Source of the DNA: Brooklawnia sp.
GTDB lineage: Bacteria > Actinomycetota > Actinomycetes > Propionibacteriales > Propionibacteriaceae
Length of the DNA: 50,381 nucleotides
Assembly (NCBI GenBank): GCA_050943675.1
Contig: JBMNPP010000001.1
Coordinates: 1 to 50,381, forward strand
Direction: 5' to 3'
The number at the start of each line of letters is the position of its first letter. Positions within the stretch are counted from its first letter, which is position 1. A model generated the notes under the pieces. It saw only the letters and a list, made by a program, of their open reading frames with translations, ran no database searches and was not told the DNA's origin. Made by a program: the position numbers and the translations under genes. Of this stretch, positions 38,569 to 47,720 are shown one piece after another.

Positions 38569-41190
38569 TCACAGTTTCTCGATCTTGATGCAGACGCACT
38601 GGTCATAGGCCGCGCTGACGTGGTCGAGCCGCTCTGACGAGAACGCCTCGAGCAGGTTGTTCACAGAAACCCCACGTCCCTGGGCGACCGGCTGGTATTC
38701 CGACGCAATGCCCCAGCAGCCGCCACCGACCGCAACCGCCTCGGGGTGCAGCCCCTGCACCAGGATGATCCGGCCGTTCACCTCGAATCCGTTCTCAGCC
38801 ACCAGCCTGACGTGGTCACCCGAACGCAGACCCTTGCTCGCAGCCGTCTGCGCGTTGATCTCGATGTTGTAGCCGTAGGGCTCGCTCTCGTTGATCTCGT
38901 TGATCCACGGGTTCAGCAGGCCCCAGGTATCGACGTTCATCGCGTTGGTGTAGTAGATCGGGAACAGGTCGTACTCGCCGTGCCGGTTGGCCAGCGGTGG
39001 GCACGGCTTGTATTCGGGCAACGGGATGTAATCATCCAGTTCCCAATCGTCCAGACCCATCTCGGCCACCGTCTGGGCGACCGATTCCTTCGCTTCCAGC
39101 ATGAAGTCGAAGTAGAACGGCACCCGACCCTCCTGGTGCGGCAGCAGGTAGACCTCTTCGGGTTTGCGATCCCACTTGATCACCCCGTTGCGCTTGAACC
39201 ATTCCAGGTCGTGCTCGGGGCCGAACCAGTTCTTGTAGATGGCGTCGAGCACTTCTTCGAAGGGGTACCGGCGTTGCGGATCGAGCCGGTTCTCACCCTG
39301 CAGGTTCCAGATGAAGTTGCGGGCCTCATTCCACTCAGCGGTGATGCCGAGCCGGTCAGCCAGTTCGGTGTAGAACTCCCCCACACTTGGGGCGCCGTCA
39401 CGAGACTCCACAACCGGTTGACGGATCCCCCACGCCCACGGGGTGGTGAGGCTGCCGTTGACGCGGTGGTTGTTGTAGAGGGTCGGCGGGTAGTCGTAGC
39501 GTTCCAGGAAGGTCGCCTCGGGAATGATCAGGTCGAAGAAGTAGGACGAATCATTCAGGTACAGGTCCATCCCGGCAACGAACTCGAAGGTCTTGAGGAA
39601 CTCACCCATCTCGTCGTGGTTGCCCCAGTTCTTCACCGGGTTGCCGGCATAGACAAACAACATGTCCATCTTCTGGCGGCCGTACTTCTCCGGATCCATC
39701 TGAGTCAGGTACAGGAAGTGGGGGTCGAGGTCGTTCATGGGCATCAGCCCGAACATGGCCATCGTCTCGTCGTTGTGGGCACCTTCACGCACCGATTCGT
39801 AGGTCGAAACGTGCTCACCGAAGTTGAGCCCGACACCGTTGAACAACCCATCCTCTTCCCAGATGGTGGGTTCCCAATTCGGCAGACCGGTCTGCGGTGA
39901 ACCGTGCGAGCGGGCCGCATACGCGATGAAGCCACCCGGCACATTCAGCGAACCCAGCAGCGTGTTGAGCGACAGGATCGACCAGTGCCCCAGGAATGCG
40001 TGCTTGTGCCGCGAGATACCCGAGAACGAATCGACACACACCGGACGGTATGGGTACTCCACCCCGTCGATGGTGATGGTCTGCCCGATACCGGCGGCCT
40101 CACCCAGTTCCGCAGCGACCTGGCGGACGGTCTCGGCGGGCACCGTCGTGATCGGCTCGGTGTCCTCGGGACGGTAGTCCTGCAGCAGGTCGGCATAGCA
40201 CTGGAAGCCGGTGCGGCAGGGCTTGGCGTCAACCTCGAACTGACCCTCCAGGGCCATATCGGTCGGCTCGACCTGGTCGAACGGGGCTGCTGCGCCCTGC
40301 GAGAGGCTCCACACCAGCGGCTTGTTCGACTCGGGATCGCGGATGATCCGCTGGGTACGGTCGTCCACGAGGGCGGCTGCGTTGGTGTAGCGCTGAAGGT
40401 ACTCGCGGTCGTAGATGCCGAGTTCGTGCACCAGGGTGTAGGCGATCGACAACGCCATGGCGGTGTCGGTTCCGGGCCTGATCGGCACCCACCTGTCGGC
40501 ACGCTGCGCGCCCGCGCTCATCCGCGGGTCGACGTTGACCAGCTTGCAGCCCTTGCGGCGGGCGTCGGCGAAACGGCGCACCGTCATGTTGAAACCGTGG
40601 CGGGTGGCGGTGCCGGCCTGCGAACCGAATTGCAGCACATAGCGGCATAGATCGTAGTCGGGCGCGGCATTGCAGGCAGTGGTGAGCAATTGCTCGATGC
40701 CGTGAATTGCCGCACCACAGATATCAGGGATCAGGAAGTTGGGACTCTTCAGCGCCATATTCCAAAAACCGATGGACGAGAAGGTTCCCGCGAAATTGGT
40801 GATGAAACTGTGGTTGCAGATATTGCCGTAGCCCTTGGCATCGATGGCCTTGCGGATCTCGCGGACCATGATGTCGTAGGCCTCGTCCCAACTGATCTCG
40901 ACCCAGCCCGGATCCTGGTCGGCGGCCTTGATCGGGTTGGTCCGCTTCATCGGTTTGGTGATGCGGTGCGGGTCGTAGAGCTGCATCATCGCGGTGGCGC
41001 CCTTGCCACACACACGGCCCTCACCCACCGGACTGCGTGGATCGCCCTCGATCTTGGTCACGACTCCGTCGACCTTCTTGACCAGGATGCTGCACGAGTT
41101 GAAGCACATATTGCAGGTCGACGGAATCCAGGTCTCGCCAAGTGTGCTGGCAGTCCTGGACGAAGTGGAAGATCGGGTGGTGGTTGTCAT
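38569..41190 (-). CDS. Molybdopterin (bis-MGD) oxidoreductase catalytic subunit, DMSO reductase superfamily, no Tat signal
   Basis: TCNMCFNSC...CGKG Fe-S motif, ISWDEA, VDPR, PIRPGTD, DLIIPEATFLER, C-terminal dinucleotide-binding domain. Confidence 0.92.
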   Translation of the reverse strand: MTTTTRSSTSSRTASTLGETWIPSTCNMCFNSCSILVKKVDGVVTKIEGDPRSPVGEGRVCGKGATAMMQLYDPHRITKPMKRTNPIKAADQDPGWVEISWDEAYDIMVREIRKAIDAKGYGNICNHSFITNFAGTFSSIGFWNMALKSPNFLIPDICGAAIHGIEQLLTTACNAAPDYDLCRYVLQFGSQAGTATRHGFNMTVRRFADARRKGCKLVNVDPRMSAGAQRADRWVPIRPGTDTAMALSIAYTLVHELGIYDREYLQRYTNAAALVDDRTQRIIRDPESNKPLVWSLSQGAAAPFDQVEPTDMALEGQFEVDAKPCRTGFQCYADLLQDYRPEDTEPITTVPAETVRQVAAELGEAAGIGQTITIDGVEYPYRPVCVDSFSGISRHKHAFLGHWSILSLNTLLGSLNVPGGFIAYAARSHGSPQTGLPNWEPTIWEEDGLFNGVGLNFGEHVSTYESVREGAHNDETMAMFGLMPMNDLDPHFLYLTQMDPEKYGRQKMDMLFVYAGNPVKNWGNHDEMGEFLKTFEFVAGMDLYLNDSSYFFDLIIPEATFLERYDYPPTLYNNHRVNGSLTTPWAWGIRQPVVESRDGAPSVGEFYTELADRLGITAEWNEARNFIWNLQGENRLDPQRRYPFEEVLDAIYKNWFGPEHDLEWFKRNGVIKWDRKPEEVYLLPHQEGRVPFYFDFMLEAKESVAQTVAEMGLDDWELDDYIPLPEYKPCPPLANRHGEYDLFPIYYTNAMNVDTWGLLNPWINEINESEPYGYNIEINAQTAASKGLRSGDHVRLVAENGFEVNGRIILVQGLHPEAVAVGGGCWGIASEYQPVAQGRGVSVNNLLEAFSSERLDHVSAAYDQCVCIKIEKL

Positions 41191-41452
41191 ACTCCATCCC
41201 TCCTAGCTGGGGCAGCCCAACCCGTGAGGATGTGTTGATTTGTCGGATCAGCGCTGGCCCGTGAATCCGTTGTATCCTTTCACGGCACCGAGCACTCTGC
41301 GACGCATTTCTCAAAGATTCATGGAATGCCGTGCAATGACCTACCCCGGTTTGTCGAATTGACTAGGTTAAACACCTGGATCAGGAGCGACAAAACAGGC
41401 AACGCCGCAATTCACCGGCCCGGGCACCATCAGACCGGGTCACCGGCCCGGG

Positions 41453-42766
41453 CTAGTGCTGGTCTACCTCAGCCGGTGCCGCACCGTTGGTCTGCCGGGT
41501 GCGGGTGGTCTTGGTCGAGGCGGTGTCCAGAGCCATCTCGTCGGCCCGGTCGACATTGCGCCTCAACCGCACAGTGCCAGTGGCAGGGTCCTGGACGTCC
41601 ACGACCTTGCGCAGCTTCGTGGTGGCCTCGTGGTTGCCGGTCTGTGCAGCCAGTTGAACCGCTCGGCCGAGCTTGGTGGTGGCGGTCGACAGGTCGCCGG
41701 ACTGCTTGGCGGCCAGCCCCTCCTGGATGGCGTTGGCCAGCTCGGTCTGCCCGGTGTAGTGGGCAACCTCGTCGTTGATCTGGGCAGTCAAGTGGTCATC
41801 ATTCGACCAGACCGCCTTGACCATGCCCTGGGTGCGCGGCTGTTCGCCCACCACCAGCTGGACTCGGGCCGCCAACTGTTCCTGGCCGGTCGCCTTTGCC
41901 GGCAACCGCACCGAGACGTGGTAGTCGCGCTCTTCGTCACCCCACGCGCCGGTCGGGAAATCGACGGTCAGGGGGTTGACCGGTTCACCCTTGTGGGTCA
42001 GGTCCTCCACAGTTGGGGAGACCTGCCGGACGAACATGAGTTGTGCGCCCTGTGGCGTCCAGACCCGAAGGTTGGCCGAGGAGACACCCCGGCTCATCGA
42101 GGTCTGCATGATCCTGGCGAACTCCGCCGACATCATCGACGGGTCCGGGATGATGTCGAGGGTGCCCATCAGCGCGCGGGCGATCTTGCGTACCTCGCTG
42201 ACCACCCAGTAGGTGCCCACACCTCGGCAATCGCACTGGAACTGCCCGACACAAGCGCGGATCGCGGCATCGAGCTGCTCCGGGGTCTCGTGCTCATCAG
42301 CACCATCGGTCAACAACAGGGCGTGCTTCTGGGTCAGGGTCGACCCCATCGAACGGAACAGTGCCAGCGCCAGGGTCAACCAGCGCCCGATCGCGGTGCC
42401 ACCATCAGCCACCAGCCGGCTGATGGCGTCCTTGGCCTGCCGCCGGGTGCGGGGATTCATCTGGACCATGCCGGGCCCCGACTGCACCAGTGGGTAGGCC
42501 AGGTATGCCTCGTGCGTCCCCGAAACGACCGCGAAGTAGGTGCCGTCGAGAATGTGGTCGAGGGCCACCATGGCGGCCTGCCGGGCGGCCATCATTGAAC
42601 GCTGGCCCATCGAGCCCGAGCAGTCGATGATGATGATCTCACCGGCTGCCCCGTCCGACCCGGCCGAACCTGCCTCAGTGACACCAACACGGACGATCGC
42701 GTTGACATCGGTGCCACCATCGGGCAGGAATTCGTTCTGGTAAACCGTGGAAGAGAACAGGGCCAC
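41453..42766 (-). CDS. von Willebrand factor A domain protein
   Basis: IIDCSGSM MIDAS, GGTAIG, LLTDG; GTG 42766 after AAAGGA. Confidence 0.92.
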   Translation of the reverse strand: MALFSSTVYQNEFLPDGGTDVNAIVRVGVTEAGSAGSDGAAGEIIIIDCSGSMGQRSMMAARQAAMVALDHILDGTYFAVVSGTHEAYLAYPLVQSGPGMVQMNPRTRRQAKDAISRLVADGGTAIGRWLTLALALFRSMGSTLTQKHALLLTDGADEHETPEQLDAAIRACVGQFQCDCRGVGTYWVVSEVRKIARALMGTLDIIPDPSMMSAEFARIMQTSMSRGVSSANLRVWTPQGAQLMFVRQVSPTVEDLTHKGEPVNPLTVDFPTGAWGDEERDYHVSVRLPAKATGQEQLAARVQLVVGEQPRTQGMVKAVWSNDDHLTAQINDEVAHYTGQTELANAIQEGLAAKQSGDLSTATTKLGRAVQLAAQTGNHEATTKLRKVVDVQDPATGTVRLRRNVDRADEMALDTASTKTTRTRQTNGAAPAEVDQH

Positions 42767-42832
42767 GGAGATTCCTTTCGTCCGGTTTGGGCAGCGCCCC
42801 TGCCACACTAGCTCGGTGCGGGTCGCCAGGCC

Positions 42833-44107
42833 TCAGCGGTCCCGGTCGGCCCCGACTGGACGGGTGCGCGTGGTCGGGGTGTCGGCAGGGTCGGGCTCGG
42901 TTGCCTGCCCGGCCGCAGGCGGTGCCTCGGCGGCCGGTGGACGGTCGACACGGGCCAGGGCGACCGTGATGTTGTCGTGGCCGCCCTGCTCGTTGGCCCA
43001 GGTCACCAGTTCGTGGGCCAGCGCCAACGGCTGGCTGAGGCCGGCGTTGCTGTAGTGGCCCACCAGAGCTGCCATCTGGTCGGGACCGGAGGCATAATTC
43101 CACAGCCCATCGGTGCACACCATCAGCCAACCCGGTCCCTCGGCCAGGGTGCCCGAGACGTTGGGGGTCAGGTCGGGCGCGTCCCGGCCCAGCCACTTGG
43201 TGATCACGTGCCCATGCACACCGGTCTCGGCAAGTTCGCGGTCGATTCCGGCCTCGATCTGCTCCTGGGCCATCGAATCATCCGTACTGAGCAGGGTGGC
43301 TGAACCCGCGTCCGGTAGCCAGTAGACCCGCGAATCACCCAGAGTGACTGCCACCAGCCGCCGCCCGGCCACCAGGCCAACAGCCAGTGTGCAGGAGGCC
43401 GGGCTGGACTCGGACAGATCAGAGTTCTCGAGCACCGCCTGGTTGGCCGACAGCACCAGGCCCTCCAGCAGTGCGCGTGTCGGTGACCCCGGTGCCAGAT
43501 CGCCCAGATCCCACTCCCAACCCGCCTGCTCGGTTACGTGATCCACTGCGGCCCGGGCTGCAGCCAGCGAGGCCTGGTCAGAGGCGGCCGACATCGACAC
43601 TCCGTCGCAGACCGCGAGCACCGCCCGACCACCAACGTGGGGGGTCGCCTGGAGCGCCATGGCGTCCTCGTTGCGGGAATGCCGGATGCCCCTGTCGCAG
43701 ATACCGGCCACCCAGTCGGAAGGGCTTTCCTCGAAATGTTCACGCACGGTGGGGGCCTTCGCGCCGCACTGCTGGCAGTAGCCGTCGAAATCGATCTCGC
43801 CACCGCAGCGCGGGCACGACTGCACGGTGGGAGTGAAGGTGCGCACCGGTGCATGGCTCTGCAGGGTTGGCGCCGGCGCCCAAGCCGCGTGGTCAGCGGC
43901 CGCATCGGCTTCGGCCTGGGCCGCCAACTCGGGGTTTGCCGTCCAGATACGCGCCTCAGTCGAGCCATGGAGCCGCCGTGGCCGGCTGCTCGGCGGCTGG
44001 GCCCAGCCGGCACTGGATTCGGCAGCGGCGGGCGGCTGCGCCCAGCTCGCCTGCCCTGGTTCGGGCGCGCGGGCCCGGGGTGCATCGGGTGGGGACTGGT
44101 CGGTCAC
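42833..44107 (-). CDS. PP2C-family Ser/Thr phosphatase with N-terminal Pro-rich region and zinc ribbon
   Basis: RNEDA, VCDGV, GDSRVY, CTDGLW, GGHDNITV; CPRCG..DGYCQQCG. GTG 44107 overlaps the kinase stop (alternative ATG 44119). Confidence 0.92.
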   Translation of the reverse strand: MTDQSPPDAPRARAPEPGQASWAQPPAAAESSAGWAQPPSSRPRRLHGSTEARIWTANPELAAQAEADAAADHAAWAPAPTLQSHAPVRTFTPTVQSCPRCGGEIDFDGYCQQCGAKAPTVREHFEESPSDWVAGICDRGIRHSRNEDAMALQATPHVGGRAVLAVCDGVSMSAASDQASLAAARAAVDHVTEQAGWEWDLGDLAPGSPTRALLEGLVLSANQAVLENSDLSESSPASCTLAVGLVAGRRLVAVTLGDSRVYWLPDAGSATLLSTDDSMAQEQIEAGIDRELAETGVHGHVITKWLGRDAPDLTPNVSGTLAEGPGWLMVCTDGLWNYASGPDQMAALVGHYSNAGLSQPLALAHELVTWANEQGGHDNITVALARVDRPPAAEAPPAAGQATEPDPADTPTTRTRPVGADRDR

Positions 44108-46554
44108 AACAGGCTCCATCTGCGAGTCTGGTCGGCTTGGCTGATCAGCCGTCTGCGTTCATCATCGTCGCGCGACCACATTGCCAGGTCACGGTAGACC
44201 TTTTCGAGCCGTGGCCGCAGGTTCTTCTCGGTGGCCGGCTCACCGGCAAACTTCACCCGGCCAACCGACTTGCTCTGCCGCACCTTGCGCAGCGCATTCT
44301 CCAGGATCTCGACCTCCAGGGTGGCCGTGGTGATCGGGTCGAGCGCAGCAGCACGCACCGAATCCCACGCCGAGGCCAGGTCGGCCAGGCTGCCGTCCCG
44401 CTTCAACATCAGCTTGGCGTGCGCAGTGCGGGCATCAGAGAAGCCACGGCTGGTCGGCGGGACGAGGTTGAGCGCGGCCAGGGTGCCGTCCTCGTCGCCG
44501 CGGGCCATCCGCAGCCGGGCCATCGCGAAGGCCGACGGGGTGACGTAAGCGGCATCAGTACTGGCACAAATCGCATACAATTCTTCGGCGAGGGCTGGTT
44601 TCTCACCGTTCTCGCAGGCCACAGCCAATGCGAACTTCGGCGCGAGTTCACCGGGCACCTGGGCGTAAACCGTGTTGAACGGCGCCTGCGCCTCATGCCA
44701 GGCCCTCGCCTGCACTGCGGCCAGGCCCTGCATCCAGATCGCCCGCCAATCCCACGGATCGGCCCGCAGCAATTCCCTGATGACAGCTGCCGCAGTCGCC
44801 CGGTCACCCATCGTCAACGCCAACTCGATCCGGGCCAGCATCACTGCGGCAGTGCGCTGGGGGGCCCGGTCGAGTGCGGCAGCCCGCTGGTGCGGCTCGT
44901 CCAGCGTGATCGAGGCCAGCCAGTTGGTCATCGGGTCGGACGGGTCGGGCAGCAGGTGCGGCAACTGCCGCCAATCGAAGCCCTCGCCAGCAGTTTGCGG
45001 CGAGCTGAACAGGGTCGACAGGTTCGATGCAGTGGCGGCGCCGGGCCTGCTGCGGCCCACTACCTCACGAAGCACACCCATCGCCTGGGCGCGCAGATCT
45101 TCTGCCGACTGGAAGCGGTCCTCCCGCACCGGGGCGCAGGCACGCTGGACCAGCCGGTAGAAGGAATCGTGCTCGGCGAAGATCGGCATCTTGCTCAACG
45201 GTGGCAGCGAATCAACATATTCGGTCTGGTAGCCACGGAACTCGGCCGACAACACCAGCAGCGAGCGGCCCACCGTGTAGATGTCACTGGCTATCGACGG
45301 CCCGGCCTCGGCTACCTCGGGTGCCTGGTAGCCGATGGTGCCGAAGATCGGTGAGGTTTCATCCGTGAGGCGACGCACCGCCCCCAGGTCGATGAGCTTC
45401 ACCGAGTCACCGACCTGCATCAGGTTGTCCGGCTTGAAATCGCAGTACAGCAGGCCGCTGTCGTGCAGGTAGGTGAACGCGGGCAGGATCTCGATCACAT
45501 AGGCCAGCGTCCAGTCCACCGGCAACGGATCATGGTTGCCGTTGTTGGCCTGCTTGCGTTGCTTCAGCAGTTGGGTCAGCGAACGGCCCGGCACGTACTC
45601 CATCACGATGTAGCGGGCATCGTCGTGCTCCACGAAGTTGTAGATCTCGACGATCAGCGGGTGCTCGACCGCTGCCAGGAATTCCTTCTCGGACTTTGCC
45701 GCTGCGGAAGCGTCGGCGTCCCCCTTGTTCAGCAGTCCCTTGAGCACCACCCAGCGGTCCGAGACGTTGCGGTCGCGGGCCAGGTAGATCCAGCCCATTC
45801 CGCCATAGGCCAGCGCGCCGATCACCTCGTACTGGCGTGAAATGAGTTCGCCTGGCGTGATCGCGGGATGGAAGTTGAATGCGGTGCCGCACTTGTCGCA
45901 CTTGCCCTCGACGGCGCCTGGCTGGCCATCGCTGCCCCGGCCGATCGCCTCACCACAATTCGGGCAGTGGCGGCGGTCCTCCGGGACGATCGGGTCGGTC
46001 ATGACCGCCCGTACCGGGTCGACTGCGGGCGCGGGCGGCACCGTGGTGACCCCGGCACCGATCCGGGTGCGTGGTCGGTGGGCGTCCGAACGCACCGGGG
46101 TCTGCCCGGAGTTGGGCCCGACCAGCGCGCTGCCCATCAGTACAGTGCCCAATTCGGCGGCGGTCGCTGTCGTGGACAGCGGGGTGCCCAGCAGTTCGGG
46201 GGCGGCTGCGGGTGGCTTTGCGTCGGGGGGGTTGCCGCAGTAATTGCAGTAGCCGTCGATGATCGTGCCCTGGCAGCCCGGCTGCGGGCAGGGTCCGCCC
46301 CGCTTGCCGAGTGTGGGCTGTGGGGTGGCCGCCTGCCGGGGTGTAGCGGGTGCGGGTGGCGGGGTGGTGACCACCTGGTCGGGTTCGCGGACCCCACGCA
46401 CCACACCCGGCCCGGGACGCGGCGCGGCCGGGCTGGCCGGTGATCGCGGGCTGGCGGCGGCTGGCGCGGTGGCACCGGGTGCGGGCGGCATGCCGCAATA
46501 GTCGCAATAGCCGTCGACGATCGTGCCCTGGCAACCGGGCTGGTTGCACTTCAT
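44104..46554 (-). CDS. pknG: PknG-like Ser/Thr protein kinase (Zn ribbons, rubredoxin-like CxxC pair, kinase, TPR)
   Basis: GGMGWIYLA, VVLKGL, HPLIVEIYNF, YCDFKPDN, KLIDLG, GTIGYQAPE, DPWDWR in the TPR region. Confidence 0.85.
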   Translation of the reverse strand: MKCNQPGCQGTIVDGYCDYCGMPPAPGATAPAAASPRSPASPAAPRPGPGVVRGVREPDQVVTTPPPAPATPRQAATPQPTLGKRGGPCPQPGCQGTIIDGYCNYCGNPPDAKPPAAAPELLGTPLSTTATAAELGTVLMGSALVGPNSGQTPVRSDAHRPRTRIGAGVTTVPPAPAVDPVRAVMTDPIVPEDRRHCPNCGEAIGRGSDGQPGAVEGKCDKCGTAFNFHPAITPGELISRQYEVIGALAYGGMGWIYLARDRNVSDRWVVLKGLLNKGDADASAAAKSEKEFLAAVEHPLIVEIYNFVEHDDARYIVMEYVPGRSLTQLLKQRKQANNGNHDPLPVDWTLAYVIEILPAFTYLHDSGLLYCDFKPDNLMQVGDSVKLIDLGAVRRLTDETSPIFGTIGYQAPEVAEAGPSIASDIYTVGRSLLVLSAEFRGYQTEYVDSLPPLSKMPIFAEHDSFYRLVQRACAPVREDRFQSAEDLRAQAMGVLREVVGRSRPGAATASNLSTLFSSPQTAGEGFDWRQLPHLLPDPSDPMTNWLASITLDEPHQRAAALDRAPQRTAAVMLARIELALTMGDRATAAAVIRELLRADPWDWRAIWMQGLAAVQARAWHEAQAPFNTVYAQVPGELAPKFALAVACENGEKPALAEELYAICASTDAAYVTPSAFAMARLRMARGDEDGTLAALNLVPPTSRGFSDARTAHAKLMLKRDGSLADLASAWDSVRAAALDPITTATLEVEILENALRKVRQSKSVGRVKFAGEPATEKNLRPRLEKVYRDLAMWSRDDDERRRLISQADQTRRWSLL

Positions 46555-47720
46555 CGGTTCTCCTGCGGTTGCTCGGCGAGCCAGTTGGCGTAGTGGCGGC
46601 AGGCCTCGATCAGGGCGCTGCTGGCCCGGGTCGGTTGCGGCCGCAGGGCGAGCATCTCTTCGGCCGCCTGCAGCAGCCCGCTGAGAAGTTCATCGCTGAC
46701 GCCAGTCTGTTCGGTCTCGGCTCGCACCATGATCAGTTCGTTGGCCTGCACCTGACTGTCGCGAACCGCTTCGGCATAGGCCTGGTCGATGACATCCATC
46801 GCTTTGGCCACCTGCTTCAACCGGTTGATGTAGGCCTCCAGTTGGGCTGCGTCGGTGGGGACCGGGCCCAGCGCGGTGACATCGGGCACCGCGTACTTCG
46901 GTGGGTTGGGCAGCTTCGCGGCCACCCGGGTGACCAGCTCGTCCAGTTGCTGACCCCGGACGATCAGGTCGGCCCGCAGTCTGCCGGCCAGTTCGGCCCG
47001 GGCGGCACCACTGCCGGGGCCGGGTTGGCCCGCGGGGGCCTGGGCCACCTGCTGGCGACGCAGCACACCGCCGACGATCAGGTCGCGTTCAAAGGTGGCC
47101 ACGTCAGCCTCGAGGGGGCCGAGCAGGCCACCGATGTCACCACCGCGGCCGGCCTTCTCCGAGATGTCGGAGAGCCTGTCTTCCATTTCGGCCAGTTGTG
47201 CCCTGGCAGCGCCCGCCTCATCCGGTGGTTCGAGGCCGACCTGATCGCGGACCCGTTCCATGCTGGCCCGCAGATCACGTAGCCGACCGACGGCCTGGGT
47301 GCCGGCCGGGTCGAGCTGCAACCGGCTGCGCAACTGGCCAGTCAGTGCGTCCGACATCCGGCAGGCCTCGGGCAGCGACAGCCCGGACGCGGCATGCCCA
47401 CCCCAGGCCTCATCGTCCAGCCGTCCCCAGACCAGCGAGGCAAGTTGCTCGCGTTCCCTGGTGCCGACCCGGCCGCGGTCCCAAACCTGCAGCAGCCTGC
47501 GGTAACGGCTCTGGATCGCCTGCCACAACTGCAGGCCCAGCGCTACATCCGGGGTGAGCGCATCAGCGTTGGGGTTGGTGCGCACCACCTCGTCCAGGGA
47601 TTCCAGCTCAGCGCGCCGGGCGTCCAGCCAGGCATCAAGGGCGATCAGGTAGCTGCGCAGTTGCAGCACATCGATGGGCTCACCCAGGCGTCCGGGTGCC
47701 GCCGGTGCCTGCGCGCTCAT
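46551..47720 (-). CDS. Hypothetical all-helical/coiled-coil protein of the kinase operon
   Basis: ATG 47720 overlaps the upstream stop and its own stop overlaps the kinase ATG. No catalytic motif recognised. Confidence 0.75.
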   Translation of the reverse strand: MSAQAPAAPGRLGEPIDVLQLRSYLIALDAWLDARRAELESLDEVVRTNPNADALTPDVALGLQLWQAIQSRYRRLLQVWDRGRVGTREREQLASLVWGRLDDEAWGGHAASGLSLPEACRMSDALTGQLRSRLQLDPAGTQAVGRLRDLRASMERVRDQVGLEPPDEAGAARAQLAEMEDRLSDISEKAGRGGDIGGLLGPLEADVATFERDLIVGGVLRRQQVAQAPAGQPGPGSGAARAELAGRLRADLIVRGQQLDELVTRVAAKLPNPPKYAVPDVTALGPVPTDAAQLEAYINRLKQVAKAMDVIDQAYAEAVRDSQVQANELIMVRAETEQTGVSDELLSGLLQAAEEMLALRPQPTRASSALIEACRHYANWLAEQPQENR

